From assembly GCA_043228905.1 (NCBI GenBank), contig JBHGNT010000002.1:9300001-9364000 (forward strand): a DNA stretch of 64,000 nt. Reading direction: 5' to 3'. The position numbers and the translations under genes are program-made. Numbering within the stretch: the stretch's first letter is position 1; each line of letters starts with the position of its first letter. This document shows positions 13,420-25,270 of this stretch, piece after piece. The stretch comes from Azolla caroliniana (Eukaryota; Plantae; Polypodiophyta). The notes beneath the pieces are model-generated. The model was not told the DNA's origin. It saw only the letters and a list, made by a program, of their open reading frames with translations, and did no database searches.

Positions 13420-14757
13420 TTTGTCCTCTGGTAAGAGTGTCGTGACTGGCCTCACCTTCCGGTCCACAATCTTATGCTTGGTATTCACTCGTACAACCCG
13501 ATCCGTGTCGACCATGTTCCCGAAATTAGGGATGACTTCGTACATTTTGACCGAACTGACCGGAATCATTCGGTCTTCGCTCAAATCCTTCTCGACTACC
13601 TTCTCCATCTCCCAGATGGTGTTGTCGAATGAGACCGCCTCCACGATGCTACCGATCTCTTCGTCAGGGCCCAAGACTCTGCATGCCTTCAAGTGCCCTT
13701 CTACTCGCTTCTTGTCCAGTCCACCGATGTTGGCTATGGTACAACCTCCATTGCCAGAGGGCCACAATTTCCTACCTATGGTACAGGTGTGTGGTTTCTT
13801 TCGTTCGTCCAGACTATCGCAACCCCATGGCTTGATAGTCCTCTCTAAAAATCCTCTTGGTCTTCGCAGCCGAGAGAATCCCGATTCTGCTCGTGGTTCG
13901 ACTGGACTGTAAAGAACTGGACGGAGTGCCGAACATCCTGGCTTTTCACCCGTGCGTATGCTGAACCATTGTCTAACACTTTGGTTTGCATCTGAGCCGC
14001 CGTAATGTAAGGTTCGCTGAGAATCACCGGATGAGAGAATGTCTCCTGCATGAAGAAGTGTTGGTTGATCTCGACATCCCCGACCTTCTCGCGAATATTC
14101 GGGCACGCTCCGTGTAGCTCCTTCGTGGCTCGGGGCGCCGTGCATATTGATCGGCCACCGAGCCTTCTTGTAGAAGTCCATCGACATCAAGTTGATTTCT
14201 GATCCGTGGTCAATCAACGCTATTACTGGCTCATTCACATCCTCGATTCGGACTGGGGTCTCTGTTGTCGCTCTGGCCTAGTGCGCCTTCAGGAAGTGAC
14301 TACCTGGAAACTCTTCTTCAATAGCCATCTCTTCGATGTGGGCCGCCTTCACTTCGGCCGACTTCTTCAGCTCTAATGAAAGACACTTTCTTTTCACGAG
14401 GTCGACAATAGAATCATGGAAATCCTTCCTGGCAATCCCAATCACCTCCCTTAGGGTGAGTTCCACCTGGCTGTCGAGGATTTGTTCCTCCAAGACCTTC
14501 TATAGGTCCATCGCTTTCTCTATCTCCAAGCTCAACCAAAAGCTCGGAATCTTAGGCTTCTCCTGTGAGCCGGTAGGGCCTCCGGCCCACTCTGGGTCTC
14601 ATACCGGTTCAAGGGACTGGCCTCTCCGGCCTTTTCGGCTCACTTGTCTTCGATCAAAACCTTGTAGTTCTGGGTTTTGGCATGTGGCTTCCACGAAGCT
14701 GGTTTTCTCTTCTACCGGGTTGTCCCATCCAATGCCCTATGGGACCCGCCTCTCCAC
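13420..14757 (-). mobile_element. Ty3/gypsy element B (tRNA-Trp-primed), gag-protease and start of pol, 3' truncated
   Basis: Protease ALIDHGSEINLM; collinear with element A 21000-22400; resumes at 24711 across a ccac/ccgc TSD. Confidence 0.85.
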
Positions 14758-15344
14758 TATCGTGTTGTTACGCTCTTCGCGTGTGGAAAGAGGCGGGACC
14801 ACGGGGGCCTTGAACCAAGGAGCGTGAGAAAGAAGAGAGAGAGAGAGAGCAATGTCTTAATTACAAATCAGTAACGATTACAACCGACAAGCCGGCAACG
14901 GACCCAACTCAGGCGAACGCACACACACACAACCCGACTACATTGTGGAACCTCTGCCGGAAGCACATGGGCTGTCCACGAAGCAGAGGCAACTCAATCC
15001 CAAAATCCTGCAGAGAATGATGAACGATGGAGGAGAGAGCTCGGTCCCAGTCCGACAACACTTCCTCCTCCCTCCAAAAACGCGATACTTTTCCTCACTT
15101 CTCCCTCTCTTTTATAACCCAAGGAGGGAGGCCGTTACCACTCGTTACATCATGTTTATTCCATGTCCTTTCGGACAGGGATACACCTCAATTTCCTCCC
15201 TACCGAATGCGTACTACCTAGGATTTCACCTCAGGCGACTTGTACCTACCTACGTACTATACAACAAAACTTGTGCCCACGTGTAAGGGCTGGTTTACGC
15301 ACGTTATACCCGGTTTCCGCGTAGGGACGCTTTTCTCCACGACA
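14758..15344 (-). repeat. 3' LTR of element A
   Basis: Matches 23629-24212; ends ccacgaca next to the PPT. Confidence 0.9.
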
Positions 15345-18079
15345 TCCGCCCCCACCTAACTGTGCATCCATTGGTATGTGCCAAAATTATACTCTTGCCG
15401 GAGAAGACCAGCCCACGCTTATCCTTCGTCTTCCGGATGGGCATCCGTTCCGAGCCGGTCGTTGTCGCTATCCAGGTCGTCCGAGTCCGGTTCAGCCTCG
15501 TGCCGCTTTTTGAATGCTTTGATCCTTTTCCCCGCCACTGGTACCGCCATCCTCATCCCGTTGAGCTTTGCGAGATGGTAGGTCCCATTGTCATTGGCGC
15601 TCGTCACCGCATAAGGCCCGAACCACCTTCTTGCAAACTTCCGTGTTGCCCGGTGCTAGTTGTCGAGGCTGTTGTCATACACTAGAACCCAGTCGCCTTC
15701 CTCGATCTTCTTCAGTCTCAGTCGGTGAGTCCGGTCGAACCGTCCTTTGTTCTTCACCCTCGCCACCCGTAGCTTCTCCGCGGCTCGGTCCATGTCCTCC
15801 GGTCTTCGTTCCAGCTGCCAAATCCGTGCCGCTAACAGCTCCTCCCAGCTCATCTCGTTGTTCCAGTCCACCGTGGCCCATGAGGAGATTTTCTGCTCCG
15901 TTGGCATGATCGGCTTCTGCCCGTACATTAGCTCTATCGGCATGAACCCGGTTACCGAACTGTGCGTAGTTCGGTCCGCCCACAACGCATAGGGTAAGAG
16001 CCGCGACCAGTTCCCGACATGGCCTCCACACGCCCATACCAACGCTTTGACGATCGGCCCGTGTCCGCGCTCCACCTTCTCGTTGGCCTCCAGATTGTAC
16101 GCTGTGGTGAGCGAGAGTTTAATTCCTAGCCAATCAAACAACTCTTCCGCCTCCTGCGCGTCCAATTCCCCGCGGTTGGCCACGATCTTACCTACGCACC
16201 CGTACCGGCATACCACTTCTTCGATAAAAAATCAGCACACGACCGCGGTCATTTTGCTCTGCAACGCTCGGCCTTCCACTTGGTTCGTTAGGTCCTCCCG
16301 AGCCAGGACTAGATACCGCATTTGCCCTACCCCCATCGGCATCGTCACCAGATCCACCATCCACTTGAAGTGGACGGTCGGAGGATAGGTCGGGTGGAGC
16401 TCGTCCCGATGTCGGGCTATGGAGTGCACCTGACAGCTTTCGCAAGTCGTCACGAACCGATGCACGTCCCGGTATAGTCCCGGCCACCAGTACTTCCCTT
16501 TTAGCTTCTCGAATGTGGCCCACGTCCCGCAGTGTCCGGCCTAGGGACTCTCGTGGTACGCCGTCAGCAATCCTTCTTGTTCCTCTTTCTTCACCACCAC
16601 TCGGAGCGGGATGCCGTCTCTCTTCTTCGGGTGCTTCCATATGCTCCCGTCCCGTAGAAAGAATCGGTATGCTTTCTTCCGAATCCGGTTGGCCTCTTCC
16701 TTCGTCCATGCCGCATCTGATGTCATTGTCTTCAGGAACCCGCCGATCTGGAGCCACTCCCTGGCGTACTTGCTCTCGTCGAATTCGTTAAGCGTCGGAG
16801 TGCTCCCCTTTCTTGTTGTTACGTTGGTTGACCCGAAGAAATCCTCGCCGACTTCCTCGTTATCCGAAACCATGCCGTCCTCGTCACTGAACCGCGCCCT
16901 TGAAAGCATATCGGCCATGACATTATCTTTCCCGGAGATGTGTCGTATCTCCGGGTTCAGGGACTTGATGTACGCGATCCACCTAAGCATCGCTAGGTCT
17001 GGAGTCACACATCCGGAGACCATACCTAGAATCGGTAGGCAGTCCATCTTGACGATCGCTTCTGTCCCGATCAGATAGTCCTTGTCGGCCTTGATTGCCG
17101 AAACGATACCCCACAACTCACGCTTAACTTGGGCGTATCCTCGCTGCCTCTCACTCAATACCTTCGCCCCGAACCGGATCGGGAACCATACGCCGTCCTT
17201 GGCTTCCTGACTGATCACCCACTCGATCCCAGTCGGGCTCGTGTCCACCGTCACGTAGATGGGGACTTCCTTGCCGTAAACTGCTTTCCGGAGAGCCAGT
17301 GCCGCAACAAGCGCCTCTTTCAGCCTCCGGACCGACTTCGTGTGCTCCGTCCTCCACTCGAACCTACGCCCTTTCTTTAATAGCCCGTAGAGCGGTTCCG
17401 CGACATGTGCGTAGTGTGGAATCCAGATGTGGTAGAACGCGCACGCACCCAGGAATCTGCGGACCTCCGTAATCGACCCGCAATCGTCCTCCATCACGGA
17501 GATGGCTTCTACCTTTGCCGGGGACGGTTTCCGGCCATAGGGCCCGCACAGGTGTCCGACTACCAGGATCTCCGGCTGTCAAAAGGCTGATTTTTCTCCG
17601 AAGAAGGTGAGCCGCGCGCTCTCGAGTCTTTGTAGCACCTTCTCGCAGTCGCGGATGTGATCCGTCACGAACCTCCGGCAATTGTCGGGCCCGACCGACT
17701 CGTCCTTGTCCTCCAGCGGACATCCTTTGATCGGGATGTCGTCCAGAAACGACATGGTGATGTCCGGGATGCAGTCCCTCAACACCTTGTTCATCGCATT
17801 CACCATGTGCGCCACCGAATTCGTTCCTCCTTGCGGTAGGGTACACATCCGCACCAAGCCGAGAGGAGTCTGCATTGTCGTGATGTCCTTGCTCTCTACA
17901 GCTAGTTGGAACTGGTCGTACCCTGAGTATAAGTCATCGATCAAATAGATCGACCTCCCGACGAAGGCCTCCGTGAACTCGTCTATGGTTGGCCCGATTC
18001 CTGCGTTATGGATGGTCACCTTGTTGACCGGTTGCAGGTCCTGTATGAAGCGCAACGTGCCGTTCTTCTTTGGCACCGT

Positions 18080-18231
18080 TGTCGGGGTAGTTGTGGTTCG
18101 TGCGGCGAAGTCGCGGGGACTAAGGTTAAGGGGAGTTGAAGGAACTTAACTTTTAATAAGGCTACTTTTAATAAGGCTTGTATGGTGATGATAGAATGGT
18201 TAAGGATAGTAAGAAGAAGAGTTACGAGTAA

Positions 18232-18262
<31 letters not shown>

Positions 18263-20649
18263 CAAGCATAGATAATATGTCTGAGGCAAGCTTGAAACCC
18301 TTTTTTATATCCGTCGTTGTTTCTATGTCTGAGGCAAGCTTGAAAGATGGGCCTGTCTTTCCTTTTACTTTATCAGCTTCCTTTGGCTCAATAGCACCCT
18401 TTTCCATCTCCCTTCTCTTTTGTTCCCGGGTCTCATGTCTCTTTGTCGGATCAGCTTCCTCAGCTCTCTTCCGCTTCTCTTCCACTAGGACATCTTGTGC
18501 ATTCACTTGGGCGAATGCTGATAGCGCGTCTACTGGATCATTCCATCCAGTGAAGTTTCATATTTCATCTCCCGCTCTTTTTAATTCATCCACTCGAACC
18601 TTCCCTTTTCTTGCATAATCCATCACATCTTGCCAAAAGCCAGATCCACCATATGAGTCTTCTACGCGCAATCCTAAGGTTTCCACGGATTGTATCGCTT
18701 GAGTCGTTTCTCTCTCGGCATCTTCCATTAGCTTTTTCATTCCTTGCCCGAAGTTGAGTTGAAGTGGTTGTCGAGTGAATCGTGCCATCTTGATAGTAGA
18801 TTTTATTATGATTAAGAGCATCCCTATGCTCTTGACAATCTTTCTTTTGGTGGTCGATACTATCACACCACATACACCTTTGGACCATTCCACCTCCTTG
18901 CCTTGATGAAGTTGAGCCTTGTCCCGATTCTAGCTTCATCACTTTGATCGACAAGACTTTCATGCCTTTCACCAATTCGTGTAAGAGTGACTCTTCTACT
19001 TTCTTTTCTCCCGACTCGTTCCCCGTTTCTTCATCATTTCTTTCGGGCAACTCCATAAACCACTTTCTTTTGCAGAAATGGGCGCACGCCCTTTTCACCT
19101 CCTTCTAGTCTTCAGTAAGTCCACTTGGACTATTCTGATCTTCTAAAAGCATTCCCAAGTCCTTCCTGTCTTTAATATTAGTGGCTTGGAGAAACAATAT
19201 TACTTTATCTGGCATTAGTATATTTCTATCCCTAATATTTAATTGCTCAAATCTTTTAGAAAACTCTTTTAATACTTCCAAAACACTTAAATGTTTATCA
19301 GACTCTACCCAATCCATGAAAGCTCACCTTGTCATCCTTGACATATCGTTGAGGTTGTATTTATTGAGTAATACTCTTTCGAACGTTGTCCATGTTTGAT
19401 TCTCCCTTTGGAGCTCTTGGATCCTCTCTTGTAGCCCAATCGCAGTGACTCGACTAAAGCTATTAATTTTTGTAGCTTCGTCGACACCGCATTTAAGCAT
19501 TTCTTCATTATAAATCTTCAGAAATCTTGTTAAATTTATACCTTCGATGATGGCTTTGTCGATGCTTGCCATCATCCCTTGTTCCCGCATCACTTGTTCC
19601 ATCATCGTACACATAAGCCTCATTTGCTCCTCCATTTCTCCTCGTCGCCGCCTTCACGTCGGGTTCACCAAATGTGTCAGGGTAGTTGTGGTTCGTGCGG
19701 CGAAGTCGCGGGGACTAAGGTTAAGGGGAGTTGAAGGAACTTAACTTTTAATAAGGCTTGTATGGTGATGATAGAATGGTTAAGGATAGTAAGAAGAAGA
19801 GTTACGAGTAATGTGTGCGTGTGCGTGTGTGAGAGAGAGAGACAAGCATAGATAAAAGATAGAGACAATGTATGATTCAAGAAAGAAGATTGAGACAAAG
19901 TATGATTCTAGAAAGAAGATTGAGACAAAGTATGATTCAAGGAACAAGAGTATATGATATAAACATGATGTATATTAAAAATATAATATTTTACCAACTT
20001 TTACAATCCTTGATTGCAAGATGAATCTTTTGAATACCGACCCTTGATTTGAACCCACGACTTCCACTTTGAAACGCAAGGCTCTTCATCGAATAAGATA
20101 TCTTCAATACTTGCTTAGATTCTTTTCTCCCACTTTCTCTTGATTGATTGATTACCCTCCTTTTTTTCCATTTGTTTTCCTTTCCGCTCTTTTTATAAGT
20201 ATTGCCATGCATATGGTAATGTGTAGGAGCATGGCATGCATGTAATGCATGAGTTACATGTGATGCCTGATCGCCATTTGGCGCACATGCATTGCATGTG
20301 ATGCATGATAGCCATCATGCTCATTTGAGCTCCTATGTATGAAAATATATATGGGATAAGTATAATGATGGATATAATCCTAAAACAAATAACCTAGCTT
20401 AGTGGTGTATGCTTTTTGCTTGATATACAAGGTTGAGGGTCCAAGTCCCTCAATTTTACCTAATACAATATATAGCTTCATTCTTATATCATGAAGCACA
20501 TTTATTACATATTTTTATAAATAAATAGCCTAGCCTAGTGGTATGTACATTGTACTTCGTATATAAGGATGTGGGTTCAAGTCTCTCAAATATTATTAAA
20601 TACAACATTTAAGCTCATTTTTATATCGTGAAGCACATTCTTCACGACA
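18080..20649 (-). mobile_element. Internally deleted Ty3/gypsy element C (Trp PBS) inserted in the RT of A
   Basis: Truncated 3' LTR 18080-18275, gag with CMWCD zinc knuckle 18280-19635, PBS 19653-19670, 5' LTR 19675-20649; TSD ccgt/ccat splits RWFTVPKK. Confidence 0.9.
20391..20590 (+). promoter_or_regulatory. Two tandem tRNA-like Pol III A/B-box cassettes in the U3 of element C LTR
   Basis: A boxes TAGCTTAGTGG 20395 and TAGCCTAGTGG 20531; B boxes GGGTCCAAGTCCC 20437 (T-arm gaggg/ccctc) and GGGTTCAAGTC 20573. Confidence 0.65.
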
Positions 20650-23628
20650 CCATGAACCACCGATTTGAGTATGGGGCACTCGACGGTTCGAGGATGCCCA
20701 TATCCACCTTCTGCTTCAGTAGCTCCATCAACATCGGGATGTGAGCTCTGGGCACTGGAATCGGCTTGAGATTCCACGACACATGTGGTACCGTGAAGAT
20801 CACCATTGGCTCGACAATTGTCGGGTCTACGCACCCAATCTCCTCCGGCGAGAATGCGAAGGCCTTCCCGTGCCTTCCGAGCATCCTCCAAAACCGGTCC
20901 TCCTCCTCTGGTAGTAGAAAGCCACCCCCACCAACCTTGAGCTCCCGTAGCATTATGTCGGTGAACCGGTGCCTTATGCCGGCTGGATTCTGTAAACTTG
21001 GGTCCGATGCGACCCCCTTTATCCGCTGTCCGCTGCCCTCCGGCAAGGGTGCCGCAACTGGCCTCACCTTCCGGTCCACAGTCTTGTACTTTGTATCCAC
21101 GCGGGCCGTTCGATCAAGCCCAATCCTCTCCCCGAAGTCCGCAATGACTTTGTACATACCCATTGAGCTAACCGGAATGGTCCGGTCTTCGCTAAGGCCT
21201 ATATCGACCACCTCTCATAATTCGCCCAAGGTGTCGTCAAAAGAGACCGCCTCCACGGCACCGCTAATTTCTTCGTCGGGGAAGAGGACTCCACACTCCC
21301 TAAGTCGTGTCTCCGCCCGCTTCCTCTCCTGGCTACTGATGTCGGTTATTGTCCAACCTCCGTTTTTTGAGAGCTAAAATTTCCTAGCTATAATACATGT
21401 GTGGGGTTCTTCTGGGGTGTCCAGACTATCGCGGCCCCATGCCTTGATAGCCCTTTCTAAAAATCCCCTCGGTTGTCGGCACCGAGGGTCTCACAGTTTC
21501 GCTCGTGGTTGGGTCGCACTATCATGAATTGTACGGAATGCCGACCGTCTTGGCTCTTGACGCGCGCATACGCCGAACCGTTGTTCAGTACTTTCGTCTC
21601 CATGCGTGCTGCGTAATGTACGGTTCGCCGAGAATTACCGGCTGCGAGGAAGTCTCCTGCACGAAGAAATGTTGATCTATCTCGATGTCGCCGATCTTCA
21701 CGCGTACGTTCGGGCATGCCCCATGCAGCTCCTCTGTAGTGCGCGTCACCGCACGTATCTTCCACCCGTGCTTGGTGTTGATCGGCCATTTCCCCTATAG
21801 AAATCCATGGACATCAAGTTGATCTCCGAACCATGGTCTACCAATGCCACCACCGGCTCCTGGATGTCGCCGATCCAAACAAGGGTTTCCGTAGTGGCCC
21901 TAGCCCAATGTGGCTTCGCGTAGTGGCTTTCCGTCAACTCATCCTTTAGGGTCGTGTCTTCTAAGTGCGTTGTCCGCACTTCCACCGGCCTCTCCGGTTT
22001 CGGCTCCGTCGAGAGCCTCTTCCGCTTCACCAAGTCCACGATGGAGTCGTGGAACTCCTTCTTGGCGATTCCCAACACCTTTCGTAATGACAACTCAACC
22101 TTGTTGTCGAGAATTCTCTCTTCCAGGACCTTCCGCAGGTCCGTTGTTCGTTCGATTTCGGTGCTCAGCTGGAAACCGGCCTGCTTCTTCTTCTCCGGTG
22201 TGCCGGCGTTGATGGTCTCATTCGGCTTCGGTCCGAACCGGGTCTCGTACTGCTGTGAGGGGCCTGCCCCTCTGGCTTTTCCCGCGCACTTGTCTTCTAC
22301 CAGAATCTCGTAGTTCTGGCATGTGGCTGCCACGAAGCCAGTCTTCTCTTCCACTGGGTCGTCCCATCCGGTGACCTCCCGGATCCGTTGTTCCGCGCGG
22401 TCTACCTCTTCCTTCTTCAGCCGTACTATGGGGAGACCCTCTAGCACAAGCGGCCAGAATTCGGAGTCCTTCATTTTCCAGGCCTCATCACCCCTGACCT
22501 AGATTCCCGCCGACGCCGAGTAGTTAACGGCCTCTGCATGTCGTGCCGGGGCTTCTTCCATCAACCGCTTCATTCCGTCGCGCCCCGAATTCAACTCTAG
22601 GGCTTTCTGGGTCTCGCTCGCGTGCACCCGCCCGTTCCAGAGGTAAACCACGTTGGTCCTGAGTGCCTCTACGAAATCCGCGCATTCTTTCTGTTTGTGG
22701 CCGACCGCGTCGCACCACTTGCACCGTTGCCCCGCCGGCGGCCTTCGGTCACGAGACTGTTCGCCACTATCCCTCCGGGGCTGTGCGATTTGGAGATCTC
22801 GCACCATCTGCGACAACTCTTCTAGAGCCGCGCCTCCGGAAGGACCTTTGACCACTCTACTCGGGGCTAAGCCCATCTCAAGACAACTCTGAGTTTCTTC
22901 CTTCCTAGCCGGTATCGAGACCGGCTCCTCGAGCTCCCTCGCCGGGACTGGCCTTGCCGCCGACGAGCCCTCATCGCTCCATTCGCGCCGCTTGTCGAAA
23001 CGACCGCAGACCCTCCTTACCATGGCCCAGTCTGCCGTGAGCCCTTCGTCCGTTTCCAACAGGAGACCCACCTTCTCCCAGTCCATGGCATCCACCGCCT
23101 TGACGAACAATAGTACCCGGCTTGTGTCGAGCACGGTCCGGTCCAGCGTTGACAGCTGTGCGAACCGTTTCTCGAACTCCTGGAGGAGCGCCAATGCGTT
23201 TCTCCCCTTCCCTGGGCTCTCAACCCACGCCATGAAGTCTCGCTTCGACAGCCGAAGCGAGTCATCGAACCCATACATCTCGAGGAGCCGCAGCTCGAAC
23301 TCCTCCCACGTCTGGCATCCGGCTAGCACCTCAAGCACCTCAGCGTGGATGCTCGGCGTCACTACCTGAGGGAATCCGGACAACCGCTTGTCCACCGAGA
23401 TATTCCTCATGATCATTTCGGCCCAATAGGCCTCCAAGTAGCTCGTGGCATTCTTCCCACCGAATCGACCTATGGTGCCGACGATCGACTCAATGGCCCT
23501 GTCGTGGGCACCCGTTTCCCTTGCGAGCGCTCACTAGCCGGTCGACGGCTATGGCCATAGCTTCAGCAAGCTTGGATCCCCTCATCCTTCACTCCTTTGC
23601 CACCTGTTCACGTCGGGTTCACCAAATA

Positions 23629-24710
23629 TGTCGTGTTGTTACGCTCTTCGCGTGTGGAAAGAGGCGGGGCCGCGGGGGCCTTGAACCAAGGAGTGTGAGA
23701 AAGAAGAGAGAGAGAGAGAGCAGCTTGCAGAAACACAAGGGGACGAAGAGAGAGAGAGAGCAATGTCTTAATTACAAATCAATAATGATTACAACTGGCA
23801 AGCCGGCAACGAACCGAACTCAGGCGAACACACACACACACAACCCGACTACACTGTGGAACCTCTGCCAGAAGCACACGGGCTGTCCAGAAAGCAGAGG
23901 CAACTCAGTCCCAAAATCCTGCAGAGAATGACGAACGATGGAGGAGAGAGCTCGGTCCCAGTCCGACAACACTTCCTCCTCCCTCCAAAAACGCGATACC
24001 TTTTCCTCACTTCTACCTCTCTTTTATAACCCAAGGAGGGAGGCCGTTACCACTCGTTACATCATGTTTATTCCCTGTCCTTTCGAACAGGGATACACCT
24101 CGATTTCCTCCCTACCGAATGCGTACTACCTAGGATTTCGCCTCAGGTGACTTGTACCTACCTACATACTATACAACAAAACTTGTGCCCACGTGTAAGG
24201 GCCGGTTTACGCGAGACAAATGAAAATCCTAAAACGAGATCCTAAAACCCAAAATTCTGAAACCCTAATTGCAACGCAAAGAAACCCAAAAAGTGGAAGC
24301 CCCTAAAACATGGCCCCTCACTCCATTTTATAGTAGTAAGGGGTGAGACACATTCATTACATAAAGAAGAGGTCAACCCCCCTTCTTTTCAATGGGGGAA
24401 TATTTGGCCTTGATCTTAGGAGGAGACATTGATGGAGCCTTAACTCCCTCTCCTCACACACACTATGTTCACTACTCACTACACCCGTACTTCATGTACT
24501 CTCCCTTTAGTCTAATGTGCATGTGTACATAAGTGCACATCACATTTACACTTTATGAATTTTCGTAGTGCACTTTTAACACCTTACATTTACCCTTCCT
24601 TTTTTACATTTGTTTCTTTTACAAATCTTCCAAGTGCATGTGCAATGTTGGACATTCCCATTTTATCCATCCCACTTGGTTTTCCCACCATGGCTGAAAA
24701 TCCTCACGAC
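23629..24710 (-). repeat. 5' LTR of element A (chimeric U3)
   Basis: 23629-24212 matches the 3' LTR; 24213-24710 differs and ends cctcacgaca before TSD ccgc. Confidence 0.8.
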
Positions 24711-25270
24711 ACCGCGCAGTCCACCTCTTCTTTCTTTAGCTTCACCCCGGATAAGCCCTCTAGCACAAGTGGCTAGAATGCAGTATTGCTTCCGGATCCG
24801 ATGCCCTTCTCTCTGCCTACTCGGATCCCTGCCGACATCGAGTAGTAAATGGCCTCGATGTTCCGGGCCGTGACTTCCTCCATTACCCTCTTCATTCCGC
24901 CCCGGCCAATGTTCAACTCTAGGGGTTTCTGGGTCTCGCATGTGTGCACCCGTCCATTCCATAGGTACAATACATTGCTCCTAAGCATGTCGGCGAAGTC
25001 AACGTAGTCTCTTCGGATGTGGGTGACAACATTGCACTACATGCATCTCTGGTCTATTGGCGGGCACTAATTGCGTGATTGGCCGCGTTCCCTCTGGGCC
25101 TGAGCAATCTGGATGTCTCTTACCATCTTCGTTATCTTCTCAAGAGCCGTGCCCCCGGATGGGCCCTTGACCACGTTGGTCGGAACCTCGCTCGACTGGA
25201 GTCACCTTCGTGTTTCCTCCGACTGCATCGAAATTAGTTCCTCCAGCTTCTTCCCGACAACCAGGGTTGC
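24711..25270 (-). mobile_element. Element B gag (middle fragment)
   Basis: NVLYLWNGRVHTCETQKPLELN, homologous to A gag; interrupted by copia D at 25271. Confidence 0.85.

Larger units (their letters stand above)
14758..24710 (-). mobile_element. Ty3/gypsy element A (non-chromovirus, tRNA-Trp PBS), near full length, inserted in B
   Basis: 3' LTR 14758-15344, PPT 15345-15360, integrase 15420-16560, RNaseH 16541-17497, RT (FLDD) 17579-18079 plus 20650-21211, protease/gag 21457-23437, PBS 23607-23624, 5' LTR from 23629; many stops and frameshifts. Confidence 0.92.

Noticed and set aside
19862-19945. CRISPR-like or novel array
   Set aside because: Three contiguous 30-bp tandem units without spacers inside an LTR
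20391-20590. Functional tRNA genes
   Set aside because: A/B boxes are present but no convincing acceptor or anticodon stems; reported as tRNA-like cassettes instead
13409-23931. Long plus-strand ORFs antisense to gypsy gag/pol
   Set aside because: Shadow ORFs of GC-rich coding sequence without independent motifs
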